Part shown: one piece after another, positions 1 to 8,919 of the stretch
Layout: every line of letters begins with the position of its first letter
Numbering within the stretch: the first letter of the stretch is position 1
Source of the DNA: an uncultured Chryseobacterium sp.
GTDB taxonomy: Bacteria; Bacteroidota; Bacteroidia; Flavobacteriales_F; PHOS-HE28
NCBI GenBank assembly: GCA_964592515.1
Contig: CAZQFG010000001.1
Coordinates: 1-58,338 of the forward strand
Length of the DNA: 58,338 bases
Reading direction: 5' to 3'
Notes under the pieces: generated by a model
Database searches by the model: none
Seen by the model: only the letters and a program-made list of their open reading frames with translations
Told to the model about the DNA's origin: nothing
Translations under genes and position numbers: made by a program

Positions 1-203
1 CGTCCATTCACGGTAAAGGCATTCCCCGCCAAGCAGGTTCACCTGCGCACCACCGTGCTCAACGCTGCAACCCCGTGTATGTGAGGAGGAGCATCTGCGT
101 CATCTGTGCCATCTGCGGACGAAATGGTTTTGCATTCCCGTTCATCCCCGTCCATTCACGGTAAAGGCATTCCCCGCCAAGCAGGTTCACCTGCGCACCA
201 CCG
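1..203. repeat. Perfect 55-bp direct repeat, copies at 1-55 and 149-203 (93-bp spacer). Copy 1 touches the window edge, so the unit may be longer.
   Basis: Read directly: CGTCCATTCACGGTAAAGGCATTCCCCGCCAAGCAGGTTCACCTGCGCACCACCG occurs twice. Sequences diverge right after 55 and 203. Confidence 0.9.
92..118. repeat. Three tandem 9-bp units (CATCTGCGT CATCTGTGC CATCTGCGG) inside the spacer between the 55-bp copies
   Basis: Read directly at 92-100, 101-109 and 110-118. Confidence 0.8.
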
Positions 204-258
204 CTACAGCGCAATATCCCTTAGTTCTTGAATAGCACCTGCTGAGGTCTGGATACAT

Positions 259-573
259 TTGTACAGCATGCCCAAGCTCTACGAATACTTCGGCCTGATC
301 TTCCTTTTCTACAGCGATGACCATGATCCCATGCACTTGCATGTGCAGCATGGTGATCGCGAAGGGATCATCATGCTCATTATCGTTGAGGGTAACTTGG
401 TGGAACTGCGATGGAGGAACAAGCGGGGGGCGGAGATGTTGAACGAAAAGGAGCGCCGCGACGCCGAACAATTCGTTCGTGCGATGAAGGACGACATCGT
501 GGACAAGTGGACCGCTTTCTACATTGAACACAAGCGCATTACACCGATGCGCGTTACAAGACGTGTAAAATGA
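259..573 (+). CDS. DUF4160 domain protein
   Basis: 104-aa ORF. MPKLYEYFGLIFLFYSDDHDPMHLHV fits the remembered DUF4160 N-terminal signature (MP..., F/Y-x-x-DH-x-P-x-H-x-H). Alternative start at 268. The stop overlaps the next start (ATGA, 570-573). Confidence 0.8.
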   Translation: MYSMPKLYEYFGLIFLFYSDDHDPMHLHVQHGDREGIIMLIIVEGNLVELRWRNKRGAEMLNEKERRDAEQFVRAMKDDIVDKWTAFYIEHKRITPMRVTRRVK

Positions 574-890
574 AGGTCGCAGACGATGTGAGGATCAAGA
601 AGGCCACCTACAAGGGGGACTATGTGATCCAGTTCCAGTTCACGGATGGACATGTGTCAGAGATCGACTTCCGACCGTTCCTTAGCGGGGCTGGCCAGAA
701 TCCGATGAACAGCCAATATTTGGATGTGACCCGGTTCCGTGAGTTCAAACTGCATCGCAACGTGGATGTGTACTGGGATGACTGGGAGATGTGCTTCCGC
801 TTCGAAACGCTGTATTCGGGCAAGCTTCCCAAGCTACCAAAACAGCTAAGGTCGGTCCGTTCGAAAAGGACAACGATCAGTACACGCTGA
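570..890 (+). CDS. DUF2442 domain protein
   Basis: 106-aa ORF. DYVIQFQFTDGHVSEIDFRPFL ... VYWDDWEMCFRFETLY fits DUF2442, the usual partner of DUF4160. Translationally coupled to 259-573. Confidence 0.75.
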   Translation: MKVADDVRIKKATYKGDYVIQFQFTDGHVSEIDFRPFLSGAGQNPMNSQYLDVTRFREFKLHRNVDVYWDDWEMCFRFETLYSGKLPKLPKQLRSVRSKRTTISTR

Positions 891-926
891 CCAGCCGGGC
901 TTACCCACGAGGCCTACCTTGCCCAC

Positions 927-1682
927 ATGAACCCCTGCGCCAACTGCGGCCAATCGGTGGACAGTGCCTACTGCCCCGCCTGCGGCCAACAACGGCTGAA
1001 GCCCGGCATACGCCTGCACGACGTGGTGGGCGACTTCGTTTCGGGCCTGTACAACGTGGATGCGCCGATCCTCTTCACCCTGCGCAGTTTCTACAAAGGG
1101 CCAGGCGCATTAACGCGCGCCTACCTCGGTGGCAAGCGAAAGGCCTTCACACCGCCGGTGCGGCTGTTCCTGATGGGCGTGGGCTTCTACTACCTGATGC
1201 GTTGGGTGTTGGACTGGGACCCCGTGAACGCGGCGGTGCTGGATGCGGGCGGCACCGCCGTGCCCGATACACCGGCCATGGTGGTGAACCAGTGGATGAG
1301 CCGCAACGTGAACCTGCTGCTGCCCATCTTCATGGTGATGATGGCCACGGCGGACCGCCTGCTGTTCCCGCGCACCACGCTGAACTGGACAGAGCGGTTG
1401 GTCCATTACCTCTTCGCGGTGGGTACCTACCTGATCACGGCCACGCTGGTGATCCCCCTGTACCTGGTGTGGCCACAGCTGCACCTGCTGGGCATGCTGG
1501 TGATCTTCGGTATCCTGATCGCGGCGGCCATCGCGCTGCACCGCATCACGGTGTGGAACGTGGTGAAGGCGGTGCTGATGGTGCCGGTGACCTTTCTCCT
1601 GTACGTGATGGTGTGCACCGTGCTGGTGGCCCTGCTGCTGGGCGTGCCGCTGGATGCGGTGTTCGTGCGCGGGGCACAGTGA
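927..1682 (+). CDS. DUF3667-like zinc-ribbon membrane protein
   Basis: N-terminal CANCG-x9-CPACG zinc ribbon, then GALTRAYLGGKRKAFTPPVRLF and several hydrophobic helices. Matches my recollection of DUF3667. Confidence 0.7.
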   Translation: MNPCANCGQSVDSAYCPACGQQRLKPGIRLHDVVGDFVSGLYNVDAPILFTLRSFYKGPGALTRAYLGGKRKAFTPPVRLFLMGVGFYYLMRWVLDWDPVNAAVLDAGGTAVPDTPAMVVNQWMSRNVNLLLPIFMVMMATADRLLFPRTTLNWTERLVHYLFAVGTYLITATLVIPLYLVWPQLHLLGMLVIFGILIAAAIALHRITVWNVVKAVLMVPVTFLLYVMVCTVLVALLLGVPLDAVFVRGAQ

Positions 1683-1782
1683 AGGGGAAGGGGCAACCTT
1701 TACGCGGTGGGTCGTCATGGGAACGCGCCGTGTTCCGCATGGTGTTGGAATGTGCACCTTCGTTGTAGCCTGAACCCCATCC

Positions 1783-3372
1783 ATGCCCGCCATGCGTACC
1801 CACCTGCACCTACTGCTGCTTTGTTTCCCTGCAAGCCTTGCGGCACAGACCAACACCTGGAGCTGGGCCTGGGGCGCGGGCAGCGCGGGCTACGATGAGG
1901 CCTATGTGGCCATGGGTCCCACGGGGGCACTGCACCTCTGCGGCAACTACACCGGCACCGTGGATGCGAACGGCACCACGCTGACCAGCAGCGGCCAGGG
2001 CGATGCCTTTGTGCAACAACTGGATCCCACCGATGGCAGTGTGCTGTGGACCGCCGAAGCGCACCACACGGACAACCTATACATCTACGACATGGCCTAC
2101 CGCAGCACCGGCGAGCTGGTGGTGTGCGGCACCGTGGCGCACAACGGCAGCGCGGCACAGTTCGGTACGCACACGTTGGCCGGTCAGGAGTTCGGCACGC
2201 AGGCCTTTGTGGCGGGCCTTTCGCCCAGCGGCACATGGAACTGGGTGAGCGGCGTGGCGGGCGTGGTAAGCACCGATGGTTTCCACGTGGAAGTGGATGC
2301 CAGCAATACCATCCTGCTCGGTTGCAAATGGGGCAACGGGTTGGCGGTGTACCGCTTTACCGGTCAGGGCCAGCAAGGCTGGTCGGCCACGGCCACCAGC
2401 AGCGGTAGTTCGGTGGACCTCTATGCCATGGACGTTCTGCCCGGCGGCGACCTGGTGATCACCGGCCGGTGCTACGGCACGGGCACCTTCGGCACGCAGA
2501 GCATCACCGTGAGCGGCATTTACTACGATGCGTACGTGGCGCGCCTTTCCAGTGCGGGCCAATGGACGTGGGTGGCACAGGCGGGCGGCAGCCATTGGGA
2601 CAAAGGCTTCGGTGTGTGCGCCGATGCAGCGGGCGATGTGTACGTGGCGGGCACCTTCCGCAACACGGCCACCTTCGGCACCACGGCCCTAACGGCTACC
2701 GGCAGCAACAACGATGGCTGGCTGGCCAAGTTGGATGGCAACGGCCAATGGCAGTGGGCCGTGCAGATGGGCTCCATCGCTTACATGGAAGTGTACGGCA
2801 TGGCCATGAACGCGGCCGGCGACCGCATTGCGTTAACGGGCAACTACGCCTTCAACACGCCCACCATTGGCGGCATCATCCTGCCAGCGCCCACCCTGAA
2901 CGACCTGTACGTGGTGGAGTACACCACCACCGGGCAGGTGCTGAGCGCCTTGGGTGCCGGTGGTGCAGGTGGCGACCGGGGCATGGCCGCGGCCTATGGC
3001 GCCGACAATGCGCTCTACGTGGCCGGCAGCTTCGGTGCCGACATGCAATTGGGCGCGTATGCGCTTACCGGCGTGGGCACCCCCGACCTGTGGGTGGGCC
3101 GCTTGGATGCGGACCTCACCACCGCCGTGACGACCGCGCAGGCATTGCCCCTTACCGTGCACTACAACGCAGCGGCGCACACGGTGGAATTCCGCGGTGT
3201 GGAAGGTGATGCCTGGCAGGTGGAGCTGCTGGATGCCAGCGGCAGGCGCGTGGCCACGGGCACCACGGCCCACGCCCTGCCCATGCCCGCACACCTGAAC
3301 GCGGGCATGCTACTGATCGCCCTGGTGCGCGGCGATGAACGGTACACCCAGCGCGTGGCGGTGCTGCGCTGA
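1783..3372 (+). CDS. Secreted beta-propeller-repeat (SBBP-like) protein with probable T9SS C-terminal domain
   Basis: Signal peptide LLLLCFPASLAAQ. Repeated modules of the type DAFV/DAYVARL/DGWLAKL ... G-x-W-x-W ... GDVYVAGTF. The C-terminal ~75 aa is beta-rich like a T9SS CTD but lacks a clear PNP motif. Confidence 0.7.
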   Translation: MPAMRTHLHLLLLCFPASLAAQTNTWSWAWGAGSAGYDEAYVAMGPTGALHLCGNYTGTVDANGTTLTSSGQGDAFVQQLDPTDGSVLWTAEAHHTDNLYIYDMAYRSTGELVVCGTVAHNGSAAQFGTHTLAGQEFGTQAFVAGLSPSGTWNWVSGVAGVVSTDGFHVEVDASNTILLGCKWGNGLAVYRFTGQGQQGWSATATSSGSSVDLYAMDVLPGGDLVITGRCYGTGTFGTQSITVSGIYYDAYVARLSSAGQWTWVAQAGGSHWDKGFGVCADAAGDVYVAGTFRNTATFGTTALTATGSNNDGWLAKLDGNGQWQWAVQMGSIAYMEVYGMAMNAAGDRIALTGNYAFNTPTIGGIILPAPTLNDLYVVEYTTTGQVLSALGAGGAGGDRGMAAAYGADNALYVAGSFGADMQLGAYALTGVGTPDLWVGRLDADLTTAVTTAQALPLTVHYNAAAHTVEFRGVEGDAWQVELLDASGRRVATGTTAHALPMPAHLNAGMLLIALVRGDERYTQRVAVLR

Positions 3373-3438
3373 TCGCGCGCACATCGCCGCACAACCCGTG
3401 TGGCGTAGCTTCGTCTTGCTTCCAGCAACACACGGCCC

Positions 3439-6400
3439 ATGATCCGATCGGTACTTCTGTTCGCACTGTTCACCTCCATTGCCGCTGCGGCCCAGTTCGG
3501 TCCCATCCAGTTCGCGTTCGAGAGCGATGCCAAGTACCCCAACAAGGTGTTGGTGGGCGATGTGGACGGCGACGGTGACCAGGACCCCATTACCTACAAC
3601 TCCGGCACGGGCAACGTCAACACCAACACGCTGCGCTGGTTCCCGAACCTGGGCGGTGGGCAGTTCGGGCCGGCGCAAGTGATGCTGACCGGCAGCATTG
3701 GCAACAGTGCCGTGCTGCGCATGCGCGACATGGATGGCGATGGCGATGACGACCTGGCCGCCGATGGCAGCTGGTACCAGAACGATGGCGACGGCGTGCT
3801 TACGCTGTTGGGAGCGTACAGTCCCGTGGGCGGTGCGTGCATGCTGCTGCAGGACCTGGACGGCGATGGCGACGTGGACGAACTGGTGCGCAGCGCCAAC
3901 GGCATCAACCTGTTGTGGAACAACGGCACGGGCACCTTCAATGTGGGCGCGCAACTGGGGCCCATCGGCACCAACACCACGCTGCTTACTGCCGCCGCCG
4001 ACCTGAACGGCGACGGGCTGCCCGATCTGGTGGTGGGCGGCAACAACGCACAGACCGGCTGGTATGCCAACCTGGGTGGCGGCACTTTCGGTGCGCAGCA
4101 GGCCATTGATGGGTACGTGGCGCCCGGCAACCCGTTCTGCGGCGATGTGGATGGCGATGGCGACAACGACCTGATCGTGTTCGGCATGACGGGCGGCACC
4201 GTGTGGTTCGCCAACGATGGCACGGGCACCTTCACGGCAGGCGGCACCATACCCACCACGGTGCTGCCCATGGCCATTGCGGACTTTGATGGCGACGGCG
4301 ATGTGGACCTGACCGTGGACACCGGCACCAGCTGCAACGTGCACCTGTTGCAGAACCAGAGCGGTGCCGCGTGGGGCGTACTTGCCGTGGAAACAGTGGG
4401 CGGCTACAACCTGGTGGGTACCAAGTACGCCGCCGGCGACCTGAACGGCGATGGGCTGGACGACGTGGTGATGTGCAACGGCATGGACCTGGCCGCGTGG
4501 TACCCCAATTTGGGCAATGGCACCATTGGCCCGCGCCAACGCTACTGCCAGTCCATGGCGGGTGCCTTCGACATCAGCGCCAGCGACATTGACCTGGACG
4601 GCGACCTGGACCTGGTGACCGCCAGCTACTACGGCGACTGGGTGTGCTGGTACGCCAACAACGGCGATGGCACTTACGGGCGGCAGCAAGTGGTGGTGCA
4701 GCACCGCAACCAGATCGCCACCTCGCGCACGGCCGATCTGGATGGCGATGGCCTGCCGGACATTGTGACCAACGTGGCCAACTGCGCCATTATCTGGAAC
4801 AGCAACGGCGGCAGCAGCTGGGCCACGGACACCCTGCCCGGCCAAGGCCTGTCGCGCTGCGAAGTGGACCTGGACGGCGATGGTGATCTGGACCTGGTGG
4901 GCACCGCCAAGTGGTACGAGAACGATGGCAATGGCGCGTTCACCGTACGCGATGAACCCTTGTTGATCACCGGAACGGTGAAGGCCGCCGACATGAACGG
5001 CGATGGGGTGGTGGACCTGGTGGTGCTGAGCGGCACACAGTTCAGCACCTTGTTGAACAACGGGGCAGGGAGTTTCACGGCGCTGAACGCACCGGCGGTG
5101 AACTTTGGCCTCTTCGCGCTGGGCGATCTGAACGACGATGGGCATGTGGATGCCGCAGTGATCGTGGCGGGCATTGTGATCCGCGGCTACTTCAACGATG
5201 GCAACGGCACGCTGGTGGACGGTGGTGTGCTCTTCACTGGACCGGCCGGGCAGGCGCGCACCATCCTGATGGACGACATCAACGGGGACGGGTACAACGA
5301 TGTGGTGTGGGCCCTGAGCAACGGCTACACCCACCAGACCTACTACAATCTGGGCATTGGCAACGGCCAGTTGGATGCCGCCAACCTGATCGACCCCACG
5401 GCCGAGAGCGCTGCGGCCATGCTGTTGGCCGACCTGAACAACGATGCCGTGCCCGATCTGGTCACCGCGCGCTTCCGCACCATCAGCTGGCAGGAGAACC
5501 TCTTCTTCAATGCCTTCCGGTTGCGCGGCAGCGTGTTCCTGGACTTCGATGTGGATGCCACGCTGAACAACGAGGACCAGAAAGTGCCCTACCGCCTGGT
5601 GCGCACCAACGCCAACGAAGTGCTGGTGTGGACCAACAGCGCCGGCGATTACGACCTGCCCGCCGACACCGGCACCTGGAACGTGTGGCACCCGCATGCA
5701 CCCTTGTTCCAAGTGACCAACGACCCGGACACGCTGCAGGCCACGCTGACCACGGCGGCACCGATAGCCAGTGGCCTTGATATCGGACTGGCGCCCGCGA
5801 ACCTGGGCTCGGGCACCTTCTTCTCCATCACGCCGGTAAGCACGCAGTGCAACAGCTCCACCTACCTACAGATCACCTTGCGGAACGTCGGCACCTTCAT
5901 TCCGGAGGACATTGTTGTGGACCTCTCCTTGTTGCAGGGGCTTACGGTGGAGGGGTACTACCCCCAACCCGATTCCGTGGTGAACGGCCATGTGTACTGG
6001 AGCGTGGACAGCCTCGGGTGGTTCCAGCAACGTCAGTTCCAGGTCTACCTCACCACCGGTCCTGCGGGCTCCACCATCGAGTACGGTTATGTGGTCACGG
6101 GCACCAACATCCCCGAGCCCATCCTGGAACCGCATATCATTCACAACGTGACCTGCGCCTTCGACCCCAACGACAAGCGTGTGAGCCCGGAAGGCTATGG
6201 TGTGCATGGTGCCGTGGACATTGCCACCGACTGGTTGGAATACACCATCCGGTTCCAGAACACGGGCAACGACACCGCCTACACCGTGGTGCTGGTGGAC
6301 ACACTGGATGCCGATCTGGACGCGGCCAGCATGGAGATCCTGGATGCCTCGCACGCGTTGACACGCATTGAAGTGGACGAGGACCTGGTGGCGCGCTTCC

Positions 6401-7068
6401 GCTTCGATCGCATCATGCTGCCCGACAGCATTGTGGACGAACCCGGCAGCCATGGCTTCCTCAAGTTCCGCATCCGTCCGGTGCCGGGCGCGCCACACGA
6501 AACGGAGATCACCAACGCCGTGGCCATCTACTTCGATCTCAATGAGCCCATCCTCACCAACACGGTGCTGAACACCTTGGTGGATTGTGCGCTGCACACG
6601 GCGGCCATAACACCCGTTGGTCCCGATGAATTATTGGCCAGCCCCGTGGGCGATGGGTACCAGTGGTACATCAATGGCAACGCGGTGCCTGATGGTACGA
6701 ACGCCACGATCACCACGGACCTCAACGGCGACTACACCGTGGAGGTGACCAGTATGTACGGCTGCGTGGCGGTGTCGGAGCCGTTCAGTGTGATCAGCAC
6801 CGGCACGGGTGCGCACACCGGTGGCCCGTTCGCCGTGCTGCCCAACCCGGCCGTTGAAGAAGCGGTGGTGTACGGCGCACGTCCCTTCGCTGTGCTGGAC
6901 CAGGTGGAACTGCTCGACCTGCGTGGTCGCGTGGTGATGCGCCTGAGCGGCAACGGCACCGACCGCTTGGTGGTGCCACGCGCGGGCCTGGCCCCCGGCA
7001 CTTACCTGTTGCGCGTGCAGGGTGCGGAAAGCAACGCGGTGGTGCGTGTGACCTTCGCTGATAGATAG
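3439..7068 (+). CDS. FG-GAP/VCBS-repeat surface protein with T9SS C-terminal sorting domain
   Basis: 1209 aa with a signal peptide and more than 12 D-x-D/N-G-D-G-x-x-D calcium-binding-type loops (DVDGDGDQD, DMDGDGDDD and others). A CAFDPNDK-containing domain is common upstream of T9SS CTDs. The C-terminus LPNPA...GTYLLRV is T9SS type-A-like. Confidence 0.85.
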   Translation: MIRSVLLFALFTSIAAAAQFGPIQFAFESDAKYPNKVLVGDVDGDGDQDPITYNSGTGNVNTNTLRWFPNLGGGQFGPAQVMLTGSIGNSAVLRMRDMDGDGDDDLAADGSWYQNDGDGVLTLLGAYSPVGGACMLLQDLDGDGDVDELVRSANGINLLWNNGTGTFNVGAQLGPIGTNTTLLTAAADLNGDGLPDLVVGGNNAQTGWYANLGGGTFGAQQAIDGYVAPGNPFCGDVDGDGDNDLIVFGMTGGTVWFANDGTGTFTAGGTIPTTVLPMAIADFDGDGDVDLTVDTGTSCNVHLLQNQSGAAWGVLAVETVGGYNLVGTKYAAGDLNGDGLDDVVMCNGMDLAAWYPNLGNGTIGPRQRYCQSMAGAFDISASDIDLDGDLDLVTASYYGDWVCWYANNGDGTYGRQQVVVQHRNQIATSRTADLDGDGLPDIVTNVANCAIIWNSNGGSSWATDTLPGQGLSRCEVDLDGDGDLDLVGTAKWYENDGNGAFTVRDEPLLITGTVKAADMNGDGVVDLVVLSGTQFSTLLNNGAGSFTALNAPAVNFGLFALGDLNDDGHVDAAVIVAGIVIRGYFNDGNGTLVDGGVLFTGPAGQARTILMDDINGDGYNDVVWALSNGYTHQTYYNLGIGNGQLDAANLIDPTAESAAAMLLADLNNDAVPDLVTARFRTISWQENLFFNAFRLRGSVFLDFDVDATLNNEDQKVPYRLVRTNANEVLVWTNSAGDYDLPADTGTWNVWHPHAPLFQVTNDPDTLQATLTTAAPIASGLDIGLAPANLGSGTFFSITPVSTQCNSSTYLQITLRNVGTFIPEDIVVDLSLLQGLTVEGYYPQPDSVVNGHVYWSVDSLGWFQQRQFQVYLTTGPAGSTIEYGYVVTGTNIPEPILEPHIIHNVTCAFDPNDKRVSPEGYGVHGAVDIATDWLEYTIRFQNTGNDTAYTVVLVDTLDADLDAASMEILDASHALTRIEVDEDLVARFRFDRIMLPDSIVDEPGSHGFLKFRIRPVPGAPHETEITNAVAIYFDLNEPILTNTVLNTLVDCALHTAAITPVGPDELLASPVGDGYQWYINGNAVPDGTNATITTDLNGDYTVEVTSMYGCVAVSEPFSVISTGTGAHTGGPFAVLPNPAVEEAVVYGARPFAVLDQVELLDLRGRVVMRLSGNGTDRLVVPRAGLAPGTYLLRVQGAESNAVVRVTFADR

Positions 7069-7091
7069 GCTATTCCCAAAGGCCTGTTCAC

Positions 7092-7136
7092 GAACTGTGC
7101 CGCCGCAGGGCCTTGGTGCCTGTGGCGGCACAGTTC
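7092..7136 (+). terminator. Stem-loop terminator candidate downstream of the FG-GAP gene
   Basis: Perfect 13-bp stem GAACTGTGCCGCC / GGCGGCACAGTTC (7092-7104 and 7124-7136), followed by CTTTGT. Confidence 0.6.
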
Positions 7137-7149
7137 CTTTGTGGGGTAC

Positions 7150-7755
7150 ATGGCCCGCAAGACCGCCACCGACGCCCTTTCGCTCTTCGACACGCTGGTG
7201 TACACCTGCGAGTACCGGTTGGTGATCGATCCGGCCAGTGCGGTGCTGGCACGCGTGATGGAATGGCGCCAGTTGCTGAAAGAGAAAGTGGGCGTGTTCG
7301 GCGACTACTACCGCATACCGGGCATCACCCTGCTGCACACCGAACTGCCGCCCGACTACGAAGGCACCTTGTGCGATGCCATCTGGCGCGGCAGTGGTGC
7401 CCGCACACCCTTCAAGCTGCACCTGAACGGCTTTGCGCACAGCGAGGACCGCAAGAGCATACACATCGAGGTGGTGGAGAAGGACGTGGTGGCCGCGCTG
7501 AGGCAGCACGTGGCGGACCATGTGCGCACCAACCGCCGGATAAAGAAACTGGGCGTGCAGGTGCCGGAGCGCATCACGCTGCCCATCGCCACGGGCTTGA
7601 AGGCCGCGCAGTTCGATGCCGCGTGGGGGCTGCTGTCACCGCATCCGTTCGCGGGCGAGATCAGTGTGCACGACGTGGTGCTGCTGAAACGCGAACTGGC
7701 CGACACCTCGCTGGACGAGCACGTGCGCACCTTCGCGCTGGAGCATAGGCGTTAG
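7150..7755 (+). CDS. 2H-phosphoesterase (LigT-like) superfamily homologue with both catalytic His positions substituted (tentative)
   Basis: Layout resembles the Bacteroidota 2'-5' RNA ligase-like family: two half-domains, each with a x-I-T-L motif (PGITLLH, ERITLPI) where H-x-T-x is expected. The track ORF starts at a GTG at 7141. The first ATG is at 7150. Confidence 0.4.
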   Translation: MARKTATDALSLFDTLVYTCEYRLVIDPASAVLARVMEWRQLLKEKVGVFGDYYRIPGITLLHTELPPDYEGTLCDAIWRGSGARTPFKLHLNGFAHSEDRKSIHIEVVEKDVVAALRQHVADHVRTNRRIKKLGVQVPERITLPIATGLKAAQFDAAWGLLSPHPFAGEISVHDVVLLKRELADTSLDEHVRTFALEHRR

Positions 7756-8120
7756 CCGATACGCTGCTTGCGCGCGTTGGTCCAATGCGCCAGATAGAGC
7801 AGCGCGGGCGAGGCCCAGATCAACATCGCGATGCGCAGCAGATCGGGGCGGATGATGCAGAGCGCGCCCATGCTGGCGATCACCACCACGGCGCCCAGCA
7901 GTTCCCACCGGTAGGCCAGCAGAAGGCCCAGCATGGTGCAGAGCGGGAACAGTGCGAACTGGAGCCCATCGGTGGCCGAACGGAACGCGAGTCCATCGGG
8001 ATCGTCGGTGCCGGCCACCAGGTGCGCCACCACCATAAAGGTGAGGAAGGCCAACGCCAGCGCGCCGGAGAGGCGTGCCACCAGTTGGAGCAGATCGGGC
8101 CGAGAGGGTGAAGCGGTCAT
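7752..8120 (-). CDS. Small integral membrane protein, unknown function
   Basis: Track ORF 7752-8243 trimmed to the internal Met (MTASPSRPDLLQ...). About 4 hydrophobic helices. The 3' end overlaps the convergent gene by 4 nt. Confidence 0.55.
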   Translation of the reverse strand: MTASPSRPDLLQLVARLSGALALAFLTFMVVAHLVAGTDDPDGLAFRSATDGLQFALFPLCTMLGLLLAYRWELLGAVVVIASMGALCIIRPDLLRIAMLIWASPALLYLAHWTNARKQRIG

Positions 8121-8435
8121 CAGCGTAGTGGGTTGATGTGGCTTGCGAACGCAGATCGAAGCTAGCGGGCGATGGTGTCGAAAGGCCGGACTTGTGATGA
8201 GCGGCGAGGCTGTTGGGGGGCTGCGTTGAAGGGACCCGTTCACTGATCATTGCGCACGAAAAGCGCCAGCTGGTGATCGGGTAGGAGCGGGGCCCGCCCT
8301 TCGGGGAACCCACTTTATTATCGCGTGATCGTCGGCGCTGGGTTGGAACGGGCCTACCTTGTACCCGATACCCCGGTGCTTTTGCCGGGTCCTACACGCC
8401 GCCAATGAACACGGCGGCACAATACGGTAAGTACA

Positions 8436-8627
8436 ATGTCAAGTGGTACAGTGAAGTTCTTCAACACGGAGAAAGGTTTTGGTTTCATCACCCCGGACGA
8501 GGGTGGCAAGGACGTGTTCGTCCACAAGACCGGCACCCGTGACAACATCCGCGAGGGCGACAAGGTCACCTTCGAAGTGGAGCAGGGCCCCAAGGGTCTC
8601 AACGCAGTGAACGTACAGCGCGCCTAA
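8436..8627 (+). CDS. Cold-shock protein (CspA family)
   Basis: 63 aa. [27 protein letters not shown] contains the RNP1 (KGFGFI) and RNP2 (VFVH) motifs. Confidence 0.97.
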   Translation: MSSGTVKFFNTEKGFGFITPDEGGKDVFVHKTGTRDNIREGDKVTFEVEQGPKGLNAVNVQRA

Positions 8628-8647
8628 GCGCTCACCGATCAAGTAGC

Positions 8648-8673
8648 AAAGCCCCGGCGGTAGCCGGGGCTTT
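8648..8673. terminator. Bidirectional rho-independent terminator between the convergent csp and csbD-like genes
   Basis: AAAGCCCCGGC-GGTA-GCCGGGGCTTT, a perfect 11-bp stem, followed by GTGTTT on the + strand and with A/T flanks on both sides. Confidence 0.75.
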
Positions 8674-8706
8674 GTGTTTCCTGGCTGTTCGGCCAGTGGG
8701 GCGTGG

Positions 8707-8919
8707 TCACAACCTGGCGATGAGGGCCTCCACTTCAACCGCGCTTATGCCCAAACGGGCTTGCAGGCGGGCCACCAATGCGGCCTCCTCGCCTTCCACG
8801 TAAAGCAGGTCGGTATCACTGAGCTGGCCGAACAGGTTGCGGAGCTTGAACTTCTTGTGGCCCCAGGTGCCAGGTGCGATATTCAGTCCGGTGTTGGGCT
8901 TGCTGTTTGGGTCGGTCAT
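8707..8919 (-). CDS. CsbD-like general stress protein
   Basis: 70 aa. GTWGHKKFKLRNLFGQLSDTDLLYVEGEEAALVARLQARLGIS follows the CsbD pattern (G-x-W-K...G-x-L-T/S-D-D-L...EG...L...Q...G). Confidence 0.6.
   Translation of the reverse strand: MTDPNSKPNTGLNIAPGTWGHKKFKLRNLFGQLSDTDLLYVEGEEAALVARLQARLGISAVEVEALIARL

Noticed and set aside
1-203. Possible CRISPR array
   Set aside because: Only two copies are visible, a 55-bp repeat is far longer than CRISPR repeats, the spacer is 93 bp, and there are no cas genes.
791-1768. 325-aa plus-strand ORF overlapping the DUF2442 and DUF3667 genes
   Set aside because: Arg/Pro/Gly/Ala-rich out-of-frame translation. The 927-1682 frame gives a coherent zinc-ribbon membrane protein.
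3310-5712. 800-aa ORF on the minus strand, opposite the FG-GAP gene
   Set aside because: Antisense shadow ORF typical of GC-rich DNA. The translation is Ala/Gly/Val/His-rich with no motifs, whereas the plus strand encodes clear FG-GAP repeats.
8121-8435. Structured RNA gene (RNase P, tmRNA, SRP RNA, 6S) in the longest non-coding stretches (also 8920-9280)
   Set aside because: No conserved cores (for example the GAGGAAAGTCC of RNase P RNA) were seen. The regions are better explained as leaders or promoters.
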